This document shows, piece after piece, positions 19,567 to 29,642 of a DNA stretch of 64,000 nt. A program made the position numbers and the translations under genes. The notes beneath the pieces are model-generated. The model did no database searches and had not been told where the DNA came from. It saw only the letters and a program-made list of their open reading frames with translations. Numbering within the stretch: position 1 is the first letter of the stretch; every line of letters starts with the position of its first letter. Location of the stretch: positions 124,001 through 188,000 of IMG/VR virus record IMGVR_UViG_3300032285_004054; one strand, written 5' to 3'.

Positions 19567-20139
19567 TTAAACTACTACACCACCGGGAAGACCGGGTGTT
19601 GTATTACCTGCAAGGGAAACAGGGCGTAGCTGCCAATACTGATATGCAAGGGTAGCTGTTACTGTTTGAATTGTACCTGTGTCACCGATGTTGTAAGCCA
19701 TTTCACCGATATTCTGTACATATGCACCTACAAGGTTGTAAACACGGATACCGTTATTTTGCTTATCAAGTAGCTCTAATGTAATGACGGAATCAGGTCC
19801 AGGGGTATTGTAGTTACCTGTGCTTGTACTTTCGTCAAACGTATTTAGAGTTACCTGCTCAAGTACACCACGAATATCGTAGTTAGCATCACTTCGGAAT
19901 GTAACATTCCAAGCAGCAGAATTAGGGTATGAAGCAGTACCGGGTACGTTAAACTGAAGTCCCATGAAAGGAACCTGTACGTTGTTAATTGTACGGCCTG
20001 GTAGAGCAGCTGACTCAACATAAACGAGAGCGTTTTCGTTGAATTGTGTGTTAGCTAAGGTATGTACACGAAATTGGAATTTACGTGCAAAGTCTTTAGC
20101 TGTTGCTACTCTATAGAAATCGGAGATGTTTTGGCTCAT
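19567..20139 (-). CDS. gp19: Tail tube protein
   Basis: ESAALPGRTINNVQVPFMG...PGTASYP...WNVTF...TVTATLAYQYW; perfect TATAAATA upstream. Confidence 0.9.
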   Translation of the reverse strand: MSQNISDFYRVATAKDFARKFQFRVHTLANTQFNENALVYVESAALPGRTINNVQVPFMGLQFNVPGTASYPNSAAWNVTFRSDANYDIRGVLEQVTLNTFDESTSTGNYNTPGPDSVITLELLDKQNNGIRVYNLVGAYVQNIGEMAYNIGDTGTIQTVTATLAYQYWQLRPVSLAGNTTPGLPGGVVV

Positions 20140-20149
20140 ATGTTTAAAT

Positions 20150-20157
20150 TATTTATA
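20150..20157 (-). promoter_or_regulatory. T4-type late promoter TATAAATA
   Basis: Exact T4 late consensus 10 nt upstream of the tube ATG; gp55 is encoded in the window. Confidence 0.75.
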
Positions 20158-22545
20158 TTAGATTAACTCAGAGAAGTTTTGACCTGTTCTAGTTGCGATA
20201 AAGTTAACTAAGATAAATTCTGCAGCCTTGACGGGCTTGAGGTAAATATCTACTGCTAACTCGTTACGATCGATAACGTCAGGTGTATTGTTTCTGGTAT
20301 CGCAAACAATTAGGTAATCATAAAGACCCTGTGTGTTCTTTGCTAAGTTAAAGATTGGCGAGATTGTATTTATAACACGTGTACGTGTGTAATCTGTATT
20401 AGGTTCAAATACGAAGTACTTGATTGTATTTTGTACAGCACGTTCAAGTGTTAAGAATAGACGTCTTACGTTTACACGGTCAAACGCTGAGGGCTTAGCC
20501 TGCTGTGTCTTCTGACCGTATACAACATAACCTCCACTACTAAAGTAAGCGATTGGGTTAACAGAGATTAGATAGAGGTAATCTCTTTGCTTCTGGTTCG
20601 GATTAACAGCAATGTCTGTTACCCCTGTAAGTATACCGCGATTTAGACCAGCTGGCGCAAACCAAGGCTGTGTCGCAGCGTCACTTCTGGAGTAGATTGC
20701 ACTTACGAACCCAGATGCTGGTAACCATGCGAAGGTATCAGAATAGGAATCGTAAGATTTTAACCAGTTACCGTAAACGGCGGAGTAATTACTATCAGCT
20801 CTGCTAATTGCAGCTTGTAGAGGGGTATATACATTCTGTGTAAATGTATTACCTTTGATAGATAATACCTTAGTGTCCTTACCTGTTACGAAGATCTGAC
20901 GTAGAGGATCAGCAATAAACATACAATCCTTACGAGTCTGTTCACAGAAGTCGTTAAACAGTCCCCAGAGAGCTAACCATCTTTGTGTATATTGATCCTC
21001 ACCTGTGTACCCGAAGTCTGAAATGTACTTAGTGTCATCAAAGTCTTGTGCAGTATCAAATGTTGTAGTATGTTGACCTGTTGCTGTATTAGCAAAAATG
21101 GTACTAAGACCAGCATCAGCAATAAGATCTACTTTAATATCTTCTGGTGAGTTAATTAAACGTAATGCGTTGTTTACCTTAGTATAAACATTACCAATGT
21201 GCTTATTATCTTGATTTAGATAACTAGGTAGATACACACCAACAGGGTATACAGCGTTCGTATTTGCTTGTAATTGAACATTACCTTTTGTAATATCAGT
21301 TTGTGTACCCCATAGATTTGTACGTGCAAATGCTGGATTTACATGTAATGTGATATTTGCAGAGCTACCATCGATAATATCTTGTAGATAGAAGGATCTT
21401 AGGTTACCGCCCTTGGAATCAGCTATCTTACGGTTTTGGTTGAAAGACCCTACATAGGTTTCAACAGGGGAGATAACTAGCTGAGAAGGATCGTAGATAG
21501 AGCTACGTACCTTGAAAAGATTAATAGTTACGCAATCGTTGTAACCTGCTTGACTAAAGTCAAAGCTAAAAGCACGCTCAATTTGCTGTGATACACTCTG
21601 CGAGCCAGGTGAAAGTTGACCTGCAGATAACTCAAAACCTAAAGAACCACCTTGACTCTTTGGTAATACAGGAGCAAAAGCATCTGCACCTGTTAGTGTA
21701 TTAAAAGATGTAACAGCAACGAAATCGCTATTAGGACCAAACTGAGTATTATCTGTTACAGTTAGATAATAACCTTGGAACTGTTCGTCAATTGTAGTCT
21801 GGCTATTATTGAGAACGATGAACCCTGCATTAGCTACATTTGTTGTAGATGACCAACTTGCTGTTGCTGGAGCAAATGTCTGAGTTGTTGATAAAGTTGT
21901 TGAAGTAACAGATTTATTGAATGTAAAGGTATATGTACCGCTTAATGCGCCTACGTTGAACACTTCTGTGAATGATTCAGGAACAATATTTGCAGCTAAT
22001 TGAACAGCAGTTATTGCTCCGATTGTGGACATCGCAGCTGATGTTGGAACTGTTACTGATGAAACAGAATAACCTGTTGTTGTAGTTACTGTTGTAACAG
22101 GTGCTTGACCGTTGTTAAATCCGCTCCAATTAACATTACCGTTAAGAATATCAGTATGTTCTTTTTCAGTTAATGTAACGTGTGTAGGTGTACCAATTGT
22201 AAAGGAACCGTTGGCAGAAGCTACAGGGAAGAATAAAGCACTATATGTTGAAGCAGCAAAACCGTAACCGCTACCAGAACCATAAGGAAGACGGGTTGTT
22301 AATAGGTTACCTGGTGAATTTAAAACTTGCTTACAGGAATAATAGAAATAACGCTCAGCAGGTGTAGTTGGGGTACCGAAAATAGTATCTAAATCGGCAG
22401 CTGTTGTAACCTGAATGACTTCGTCAGTAGGTCCTTGAGGAGCAAAACCGGCTATAAATGTAGTTGTACCGTTTACAATGTTTTGATAATTAGATAAATC
22501 TGTTTCAATTATCTGTACACCAGGTGAGTTAATAGTTAGTGCCAT
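20158..22545 (-). CDS. gp18: Tail sheath protein
   Basis: SPGVQIIETDLS, FAPQGPTDE, PWFAPAGLNRG, SAFDRVNVRRLF, FVFEPN, AAEFILVNF. Confidence 0.97.
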   Translation of the reverse strand: MALTINSPGVQIIETDLSNYQNIVNGTTTFIAGFAPQGPTDEVIQVTTAADLDTIFGTPTTPAERYFYYSCKQVLNSPGNLLTTRLPYGSGSGYGFAASTYSALFFPVASANGSFTIGTPTHVTLTEKEHTDILNGNVNWSGFNNGQAPVTTVTTTTGYSVSSVTVPTSAAMSTIGAITAVQLAANIVPESFTEVFNVGALSGTYTFTFNKSVTSTTLSTTQTFAPATASWSSTTNVANAGFIVLNNSQTTIDEQFQGYYLTVTDNTQFGPNSDFVAVTSFNTLTGADAFAPVLPKSQGGSLGFELSAGQLSPGSQSVSQQIERAFSFDFSQAGYNDCVTINLFKVRSSIYDPSQLVISPVETYVGSFNQNRKIADSKGGNLRSFYLQDIIDGSSANITLHVNPAFARTNLWGTQTDITKGNVQLQANTNAVYPVGVYLPSYLNQDNKHIGNVYTKVNNALRLINSPEDIKVDLIADAGLSTIFANTATGQHTTTFDTAQDFDDTKYISDFGYTGEDQYTQRWLALWGLFNDFCEQTRKDCMFIADPLRQIFVTGKDTKVLSIKGNTFTQNVYTPLQAAISRADSNYSAVYGNWLKSYDSYSDTFAWLPASGFVSAIYSRSDAATQPWFAPAGLNRGILTGVTDIAVNPNQKQRDYLYLISVNPIAYFSSGGYVVYGQKTQQAKPSAFDRVNVRRLFLTLERAVQNTIKYFVFEPNTDYTRTRVINTISPIFNLAKNTQGLYDYLIVCDTRNNTPDVIDRNELAVDIYLKPVKAAEFILVNFIATRTGQNFSELI

Positions 22546-22591
22546 AAAATTATATTGTTGTAATAATATTTATGCTAGACCTGGATATTTT

Positions 22592-23206
22592 TTACGGTTG
22601 GGCTATCTCAGGATTTAAAATATTTATTTCAAATTCACTGTATTGAAACGAAACAGATGAATTTAATAAGGTAGCGTCTTGATAACTATAGTTTATACTA
22701 CCTAAAGTTGTAATAAAAGCATTGTGGTATATAAATTGTATCGCTTTTTGGTTGTATTCGTTTAAGCCGTAGATAGTTAGATTAGTCTGGTACTCAGTTA
22801 ACGTACCGTTTTTAAGCGCATTAGCATTAATATTCGGCGGAATATCAAATAAATTACCTCCATAGATACTTTCATCGAAAGTATTTAAAACATTTAACCA
22901 TAACCACATTGTGTAATAGTTTGCGTATGCGTTATCTACAATAAAATTAACTGCGAGAGGTGCATATTGTGGTCGAGCATGACTCGAAACATTATAATTT
23001 TGGCCTGAGTATGGTATTGTTACAGCAGGTACATTAATATCCGGTACAACAGCTCCGAATACACTAATCTCCAGAGGTTCGATAGATAGATTTTTTGCTT
23101 TAAACTGTTTTTTTAAAATACTGGGTAGATCTAGTACTAGTAAAAATTTATCTTTACTAGATCTATTTAAAACAGATTGCTGTGTTGGATTTGATGTATA
23201 TTGCAT
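22592..23206 (-). CDS. gp3: Tail completion / tube terminator (gp3-like)
   Basis: VVPDINVPAVTIP...YAPLAVNFIVDNAYANYYTMWLWL...VSFQYSEFEI. Confidence 0.7.
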   Translation of the reverse strand: MQYTSNPTQQSVLNRSSKDKFLLVLDLPSILKKQFKAKNLSIEPLEISVFGAVVPDINVPAVTIPYSGQNYNVSSHARPQYAPLAVNFIVDNAYANYYTMWLWLNVLNTFDESIYGGNLFDIPPNINANALKNGTLTEYQTNLTIYGLNEYNQKAIQFIYHNAFITTLGSINYSYQDATLLNSSVSFQYSEFEINILNPEIAQP

Positions 23207-23209
23207 TTA

Positions 23210-24943
23210 CTAAAAAGGCTTCCAACCATCTGCTAATAATGACTCAAAACTATGATCATCTAAATAGTATGAATCATCATCAGAAATTAACGGTTTGTAG
23301 CCATTAGTATTTATATCAGATAATGATGCACTTAACCTTGATGTTATATCTCTTAAAATATAGAGATCAGGATCGGGATCATAGTATTGCCCGTAGCTTA
23401 ATTCAGATGGTTTATTTTGTTCATCAAAATTATTAACTGTAAAATACTGCTGACAGATATCTGGTTCTAGAATAAAAAGAGCCCAAACAAGAGACATTAC
23501 ACGGTCATCAAAAAATTTATCACTTTGTTTTCTATACGTTCCGTTTGGATATCTAATAAACGTTTCTAGTTCTTTAATTGTATCGACATCGTTTATCTTT
23601 ACAACCTGTAGAAAGTTTAACCAGTATCTCATATTTGATACTGCTGCAAATCTTAGATTATTATGACTTAGTACACCGAGATGCCTAGTTGTACCAGCTG
23701 AGCCTGTATTTGAAAGCTTAGAGTAACTTACGATTTTTTCATATTGTAAGTTATTGTATAGTGCATCTATTACCTGAGCACCACAGTTATTACGTTCAAT
23801 AAGGAGCGGTGGTCTTCCCCAAGAATCTGATAAGTTAAAAAGCTTATTAGCAAAATGATACGGCTCAACAATATTTGTACTGTAAACCGCAACCTGTTTT
23901 ATGTTTGTAAGATCAGTAACATCCAGTATTTGTGCAACGGAAGCAGCACGACCTATACCCTCACCTACGTCAACACCTACAACGTATAGCTTTGTTGGAT
24001 CTGGTAGCTCAAATACTTTATACGCACCTGACTCGCAATCCCATATTACAGGTTTTTTTGTTTCTTTGTATTGTTCAATTACTGAAGCACCTACTGCAGA
24101 GTTTGCAGCGTCTAAGAATGTATTACCAAACTCTTGTTGAAAAGCTTCTTCAGAACCTAAAGCAGAAATCATCTGCTTCTTCCATTTCTCACCTCGACCT
24201 GGTACATCCCACCAGTCAATTCTTTCAGCATGCCAACCGTTTGTGCCTTTTTCAGCTTCAGAATAAATTTCATAAAACTTATTACCTGTACCGTTAGGGG
24301 TACTAACCATAAAGATCTTAGTTGTTTTACCTGATGAAATAATAGGTATAACAGACTTCCAAAACTCTTCCATGAAGTTTTGATCAATAAATGCAGCTTC
24401 GTCAATACAGAGAATGTTAGCAGTATCACCTCTTGCTGCTGTAGATGTTGTAGTACTGATACCGATACTCGAACCATTATCAAATGTTACACCTGTCTTA
24501 CCGTACTCTTTAACACCGGGTTTAAGATAGTTTGGTAATAACTCGTAAGCGAGACGTATTTTTTTAAAAATATTAATTGCTGTTGACTCTTTGTTAGCAA
24601 CAATCATTACTCTTTTATCAGGCTGAAAGCAAGTATTCCACAACGCGTAAATAGTAGTAATAGTTGTTTTACCAACCTGTCTGGAAGCTAGTACACAAAC
24701 AAAACGATTATCTGCGAGACTCTTAAGAGCTTTTTTCTGTGCTTTGTAAAGCTCAATTTTTTGTTTACCACGATCAGCTTCTACTATATAGAAATGATTT
24801 TCAGCAAAATGAATTATGTTTTCAGAGCACTTCTTAATCTCTCTGATCATTGTCGGTGTAAATTCAAACACCGCATTTTCTTTTGGTATGTTTTTATCTC
24901 CGCGATAAAATTGACTTTCGTCTATTGGATCTCCTTCTGTCAT
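23210..24943 (-). CDS. gp17: Terminase large subunit
   Basis: LASRQVGKTT (Walker A), CIDEAAFI (Walker B), STPNG, FQQEFG, VGVDVGEG (RNase H), DDRVMS. Confidence 0.97.
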   Translation of the reverse strand: MTEGDPIDESQFYRGDKNIPKENAVFEFTPTMIREIKKCSENIIHFAENHFYIVEADRGKQKIELYKAQKKALKSLADNRFVCVLASRQVGKTTITTIYALWNTCFQPDKRVMIVANKESTAINIFKKIRLAYELLPNYLKPGVKEYGKTGVTFDNGSSIGISTTTSTAARGDTANILCIDEAAFIDQNFMEEFWKSVIPIISSGKTTKIFMVSTPNGTGNKFYEIYSEAEKGTNGWHAERIDWWDVPGRGEKWKKQMISALGSEEAFQQEFGNTFLDAANSAVGASVIEQYKETKKPVIWDCESGAYKVFELPDPTKLYVVGVDVGEGIGRAASVAQILDVTDLTNIKQVAVYSTNIVEPYHFANKLFNLSDSWGRPPLLIERNNCGAQVIDALYNNLQYEKIVSYSKLSNTGSAGTTRHLGVLSHNNLRFAAVSNMRYWLNFLQVVKINDVDTIKELETFIRYPNGTYRKQSDKFFDDRVMSLVWALFILEPDICQQYFTVNNFDEQNKPSELSYGQYYDPDPDLYILRDITSRLSASLSDINTNGYKPLISDDDSYYLDDHSFESLLADGWKPF

Positions 24944-24952
24944 AACCTTTAA

Positions 24953-25288
24953 TTAATCGTTGTTATTACTAACAATATTAATTAAGGTAGTTCTTAAATG
25001 CTCAACTAATGCATCTCTATCATGCGGATTATTTGCATGAAATATATGAACTTTTTCACCGTTAAAATCATAACCTAAAATAATAAATGCTTTTAGATAC
25101 TCAGTAGCAATATTATCTAAGTGCTCAAGATCTTGAAGCTTGTAAAGTTTGGACGATTCTGTTTCTCCAAACCTCGCGAAGGCTTCCTTTATAACATCTT
25201 GTATATTTACACCGCTAAGATTAGGTAGAGTAATCTCTTTTTTCTTAGCAGAAGATTTTCTTTTCTTGGGTTGATCTTCTGCAGGCAT
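24953..25288 (-). CDS. Hypothetical late protein
   Basis: 111 aa ORF; TAAATA ends 6 nt before the ATG. Confidence 0.7.
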   Translation of the reverse strand: MPAEDQPKKRKSSAKKKEITLPNLSGVNIQDVIKEAFARFGETESSKLYKLQDLEHLDNIATEYLKAFIILGYDFNGEKVHIFHANNPHDRDALVEHLRTTLINIVSNNND

Positions 25289-25297
25289 TTTAAATAT

Positions 25298-25642
25298 TTA
25301 ACTAACCTTTTCTATTTTACCAACTCTATCATGGTAGCCTGCAGCCTTGTTGTTAATGTTATACTTAACAAGTTGTTCAATTAGGATCTCGAAAGAGCTA
25401 GTCTTAATCTTAAGACGTCCAGGTATAAACTGACCTCCATCATACAGCTCAAAGTATGACTCACCAATAAAAGGATCATTAATGTAGCAAGTACAAAATA
25501 TAGATGCAACACCTGGGTCAATGACTATTGTCCAAGCACGAGGATCAGTATCTGCATAATCATTAAAAAGTTTATGAGCATAATATCCGTTGTCACGAAA
25601 TCTCTTTAATGTGTAACCTAGTGTGGTGAGTTTGTTTGACAT
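25298..25642 (-). CDS. Hypothetical protein
   Basis: 114 aa ORF, co-oriented and tightly packed. Confidence 0.7.
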   Translation of the reverse strand: MSNKLTTLGYTLKRFRDNGYYAHKLFNDYADTDPRAWTIVIDPGVASIFCTCYINDPFIGESYFELYDGGQFIPGRLKIKTSSFEILIEQLVKYNINNKAAGYHDRVGKIEKVS

Positions 25643-25665
25643 ATTGTAATTTATGGTATTGTTTA

Positions 25666-26406
25666 CTATTTTACCAGCGCAGAAATAATAAACTTAATAG
25701 AAGTATTTTCGTCTTCAATTTCAAAGAGTGAAATCTTTAACGTGTTGTTAACTTTAACAACAAAATGATCTGCTTTGATACCTGCTAGCATTCTAATACT
25801 TTCTAGATTGAACGGTAATGAGTTTTTAATAGGTTCACCTTCGAAGTCATTAGTTACAAAATATGTAATACTGTTGATATTTTGTCTCTCGTGATCATTA
25901 AGCTCTGCGTATACTTGATTATCTTTGCTATAAAAGTATACCTTTTCAGAATCTGTAGCAATAGAACTACCTTTTAGTATTTCATTAAATCTATTAACAG
26001 GTAATTTAAATGTAGAATCAAACTTAAGATTTTTAATCTTTTCAGGGTTAAGACTATTTTTTTGTATATAACTATCCTCTAAAAGATAATACTTAAATCT
26101 GATATTATTAGTATCGTAAACAAGATGATTATCTTGTAAAGTTAATCTAATAATTTTATCCTCAATACAATCAATAAGTCGTACAAATTTTTTAACATCA
26201 GGTAGATTGAGTCTTAAAATACCCTTTAAGAGGCTCGGTAGGCGTAGTTCAGCATAAAGCACTACACTACTACCATCCTGAGAACTACACAACGCATATA
26301 ACCCTTTTTCATTAGGATATATTGCTACCGTGTCAGCCAACTTACTAATTGGCTGTAAAAATTTTGTAACAAAGACTTCTTTGTCGAGGATCAGGTCGTT
26401 GGCCAC
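25666..26406 (-). CDS. gp45: DNA polymerase sliding clamp (gp45-like)
   Basis: 246 aa, two-domain beta-rich pattern; LNLPDVKKFVRLI, RFKYYLLEDSYI; replication context. Confidence 0.75.
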   Translation of the reverse strand: MANDLILDKEVFVTKFLQPISKLADTVAIYPNEKGLYALCSSQDGSSVVLYAELRLPSLLKGILRLNLPDVKKFVRLIDCIEDKIIRLTLQDNHLVYDTNNIRFKYYLLEDSYIQKNSLNPEKIKNLKFDSTFKLPVNRFNEILKGSSIATDSEKVYFYSKDNQVYAELNDHERQNINSITYFVTNDFEGEPIKNSLPFNLESIRMLAGIKADHFVVKVNNTLKISLFEIEDENTSIKFIISALVK

Positions 26407-26885
26407 TTTTCTTCTAGAAGTTTGACAATTTCTCTTAAAGAGAGATCAATTGAGTTTAATACTTTATCTAGACCTGTATCAATTCTAGTAATTTTTTCAC
26501 TATACTCTTCAAATGGTAAACTCATCTGAGGATCTGGAGGTATAGGCGGTAATACTTGTTGTACTGGTACGTAGTTTGGAATTTGTTGAGGTGTATTATT
26601 TACTTGAGCAGGTACTTGACCTGAAGAAAATATGTTTGAATGAGGCATTTCAATAGCCTGAGCTTCTCTCAAAGAGAGAGCTACTGCAGCTGCTACTTCC
26701 GGGGACGACGGTGTACCTACTACTGGTTTTGCAGAGTGCGACCCTCTAATAAAGCTTAGAGGGTCGATTTTATTCGCAGGTCCACCAGCTGGAAGAGATG
26801 TAGTATTTTCGTCTACTCTCTTAAGCTCAGAGCCAAATATCTTAGCAATAGTAGCTGTAGCTAATTGCTCGTCAAATGTGCTCAT
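26391..26885 (-). CDS. Hypothetical protein
   Basis: 164 aa, Pro/Gln-rich; translationally coupled to folE2. Confidence 0.7.
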   Translation of the reverse strand: MSTFDEQLATATIAKIFGSELKRVDENTTSLPAGGPANKIDPLSFIRGSHSAKPVVGTPSSPEVAAAVALSLREAQAIEMPHSNIFSSGQVPAQVNNTPQQIPNYVPVQQVLPPIPPDPQMSLPFEEYSEKITRIDTGLDKVLNSIDLSLREIVKLLEEKWPTT

Positions 26886-27718
26886 TACTTAAGTTCTCTT
26901 CCAGCGTTAATAACGGCTACTGCAACCGCAGTATGAATGGATTCGTAGTGATTAACAACTACTGAGTAGTCCTTAATACGGTTATCAAGCTCCTTATCGA
27001 GTTCTACGGCTACCTTACGTACCATATCCTCAACAAACACCGGATTCTCATACATGAGCTCGGTCTGATAAGCCTCATCAACTCGCTTAAGGGCGTTAAT
27101 AATAGGTGCTGAAGCACTCTTCTCAACAATATCAATAAGATCTTCAATCCACATGATACCCTTTGACTCGTCAATCTCAACTGTAACATCAGCTACAGAA
27201 CGTTGATTATGGGCGCCGTAATCAGAGATCTCCTTAGAGCAAGGACAGAGTGACGCGTACATTACATTAACAGTTAGGTACAGACGCTCCTTACCATCAA
27301 TAAGACGACCTTCCATATTACCGCGGTAGTCCATATGAGATTCAATACCAGAGACAGGAGCCTTACGCTTAAGGAAGTAATCAAACTTAATCTTGACGTA
27401 CGCATTATCTGACTTCAGACGAGACTTACACTCGTGAAGAAGATCCTTAATAACCTCGTGTACGTAATAACCGTCTTTCTGTAGTACCTCTTCAATAAGG
27501 ATACGATAACGGGACATATTAGTACCTTTATTCTCTGAAGTAAGATCAGTATACATACTGAACTTACCTGAACCTTCATTAACAGTACCGTCCTTTCTAA
27601 TAATCTTTACAGGCAACGTAGCGTCGCGTGTACCTACCTTAGGGATGTACTTGTTAGGGAACCCGTCCTTAGTATTCTGGATGTCGGGGATATCAGCGTT
27701 AGTTTTGATTCTAGGCAT
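26885..27718 (-). CDS. folE2: GTP cyclohydrolase I type IB
   Basis: DIQN...IPKVG, KGTNMSR, YFLKRKAPVSG, SLCPCSKEISDYGAHNQRS, KRVDE, YENPVFVEDMVR, ESIH. Confidence 0.93.
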   Translation of the reverse strand: MPRIKTNADIPDIQNTKDGFPNKYIPKVGTRDATLPVKIIRKDGTVNEGSGKFSMYTDLTSENKGTNMSRYRILIEEVLQKDGYYVHEVIKDLLHECKSRLKSDNAYVKIKFDYFLKRKAPVSGIESHMDYRGNMEGRLIDGKERLYLTVNVMYASLCPCSKEISDYGAHNQRSVADVTVEIDESKGIMWIEDLIDIVEKSASAPIINALKRVDEAYQTELMYENPVFVEDMVRKVAVELDKELDNRIKDYSVVVNHYESIHTAVAVAVINAGRELK

Positions 27719-27724
27719 ATGTGT

Positions 27725-27752
27725 ATTATAGGTTAAAATTAGAGACCGGCAA
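27725..27752 (-). promoter_or_regulatory. Sigma70-like promoter of folE2
   Basis: TTGCCG-16 nt-TATAAT-6 nt-ATG(27718). Confidence 0.65.
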
Positions 27753-28617
27753 GCAATTCTTTGAGTTTCGCATCAGTATCATCTTCAACAGGAGCTGAAG
27801 CAGTTTCAACACCCTTGAAAATATCTTCAACGTCTGCTTTCTTCTTTTCAACAACCGGGACAATTGGCTCATCTGCGATGTCTTCAATATCCTCATCAGC
27901 AACATCCTGTACGCAGAAGAAGTGCTGCTCAAGCATACGTTGAAGTTCTGCTGATGACTTAGGCTTATTAAGCTTCTCAAGATCAAAGATGTTCTTGTGA
28001 ATCTCTTCGAGTCTCTTAGACTCTACACCTTCTAGCTTTGAAGGTGAGGTAAATTTAGAAGAGGTATATGTAGTCATCATACGATTACTACCTGTACCTG
28101 TACGGGATTCACACTTAATCTTGAAGGAACAACCTTCACCGACGTTAAAGATCTTAACACCGAACTCGTCAGCATCATCACCGTCGATTGCACTATTGAT
28201 GATCTTCGCAAGCTCCTTACCGTAACGGATGATCTTAACCTTGCCTTCATTATCAGGATTAGTAGGATCTGAGATTACGTACGCGTTAACCATCCAATAC
28301 TCCTTACGAGAAACGTCTCGAAGCTTATTCTTTTCTTCTTGTGTACCGGTATTGTATGTCTTGAGTACATAAGAGTCAATAGGGCAAGACTCACCGTAGG
28401 TAGAAGGACAAATGCCTGTAGTAAACTGGCCGTTGGCGTGACTCTTCCAAGAGTGATGATAGTAGTGATGAATTGTCTTCTTAGGTTCAAGAAGATTTGG
28501 TACAAGACGTACAACGTATGTCTTGCCTGCTTCGAACTTCATAATGTCCTTGTAGGGGTTATCCTTCTTGGAGATAGAAGCTTTGATTTCGTTGAATATA
28601 TTATTATTGAATGTCAT
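27739..28617 (-). CDS. gp32: Single-stranded DNA binding protein
   Basis: VVRLVP...HYYHHSW...CPSTYGESCPID...YWMVNAYVISDP...KIIRYGK, acidic C-terminal tail. Confidence 0.9.
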   Translation of the reverse strand: MTFNNNIFNEIKASISKKDNPYKDIMKFEAGKTYVVRLVPNLLEPKKTIHHYYHHSWKSHANGQFTTGICPSTYGESCPIDSYVLKTYNTGTQEEKNKLRDVSRKEYWMVNAYVISDPTNPDNEGKVKIIRYGKELAKIINSAIDGDDADEFGVKIFNVGEGCSFKIKCESRTGTGSNRMMTTYTSSKFTSPSKLEGVESKRLEEIHKNIFDLEKLNKPKSSAELQRMLEQHFFCVQDVADEDIEDIADEPIVPVVEKKKADVEDIFKGVETASAPVEDDTDAKLKELLAGL

Positions 28618-28624
28618 ATGGTGT

Positions 28625-28652
28625 ATTATACTAGTTGTTTTGTTTTGTTCAA
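28625..28652 (-). promoter_or_regulatory. Sigma70-like promoter of gp32
   Basis: TTGAAC-16 nt-TATAAT-7 nt-ATG(28617). Confidence 0.68.
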
Positions 28653-29294
28653 GTTTTTATCTATAAAAAGTTTAATTTTTATAAACGCTTCCTGAAGAAA
28701 AGGTCTTAATTTACTTGAGTTCAAGTACTTCGATTTATAGTCAAAGTATCTTAATGCGAAATCACCTAAAAGTAATTCCTGTTCATCAGAAGGTATTTGA
28801 TTTATTAAATCAGAAATGTTGGAAAATTCCATTAAAGAATACAAATTAATTTGTTTTTTCTTTATATGATACATCCATTCAGGCTCTATACCTTTTAAAC
28901 AGAATGTAGGATACTCAGTTAAGTCAATACTATTATCAATACAGAACTTCGCTATAAATCTTAATGAGTCAGTTACATCTTCAATTTGACTATCAGGGGA
29001 TTTATGCAATAGTTCTTGTTTATAAATTGTATACGATTTTAAAGCTCTGGGAGATGCAAAATAGCCCAAATCAAAATATTCTACATCCGGGTAAAGCTTA
29101 TACGGAGCCATAAAATATGTATCAAGATCCAGATCTGGATATTTTGTAGCTAAAACAGCTATACGTTTTACAGAGATATATTTTGAATCATCCTCAAAAC
29201 CTGTAAAATTATTTTTTAGCTTAAAAGGTTTATTTCGTAAAGAACGAGATACCGCTAAATGTTTGTTGTAAATTCTTTTTTCTAGTTCAGTCAC
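28626..29294 (-). CDS. Putative helicase loader (gp59-like)
   Basis: About 220 aa, helical; IYNKHLAV...PFKLKNNF start; lies between gp41 and gp32. Confidence 0.45.
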   Translation of the reverse strand: MTELEKRIYNKHLAVSRSLRNKPFKLKNNFTGFEDDSKYISVKRIAVLATKYPDLDLDTYFMAPYKLYPDVEYFDLGYFASPRALKSYTIYKQELLHKSPDSQIEDVTDSLRFIAKFCIDNSIDLTEYPTFCLKGIEPEWMYHIKKKQINLYSLMEFSNISDLINQIPSDEQELLLGDFALRYFDYKSKYLNSSKLRPFLQEAFIKIKLFIDKNLNKTKQLV

Positions 29295-29599
29295 TTTTTA
29301 ATCGATTTTTTAAATAGTTTTTTTGTATTCTTCGATTTTATAAGCGCCGGGTAAAGTTGCAAGAGTCCTAATAGAGCTTCTTTAGTATTTTCTGAGCCTG
29401 TAACTTCTATAAAAAGTTCTCTTAATTCTAAATTCTCTAAAATTGAATTAAAAAATGTTGATGGGTTTATTCTTTTATTATGTAAAATAGAAAGATAAGA
29501 ACCGAACACCAATACACCTCTAATGTATTCCTGAGAACATATCTGTTCAAGAGAGTTATTTTGAAATACAAAGTTCTCTAGGGTTTGTTCTGTTAACAT
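29291..29599 (-). CDS. Hypothetical protein
   Basis: 102 aa ORF overlapping the next start by 4 nt. Confidence 0.65.
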   Translation of the reverse strand: MLTEQTLENFVFQNNSLEQICSQEYIRGVLVFGSYLSILHNKRINPSTFFNSILENLELRELFIEVTGSENTKEALLGLLQLYPALIKSKNTKKLFKKSIKK

Positions 29600-29642
29600 A
29601 TAATAACAACTATTTACATCAAAGTTGTTACTAAATCCATTT

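Noticed and set aside
23901-24952. Short ORFs overlapping the terminase
   Set aside because: Nested or antisense; no independent evidence. The same applies to similar ORFs inside gp32, uvsX, gp46, gp61 and the NTase fusion.
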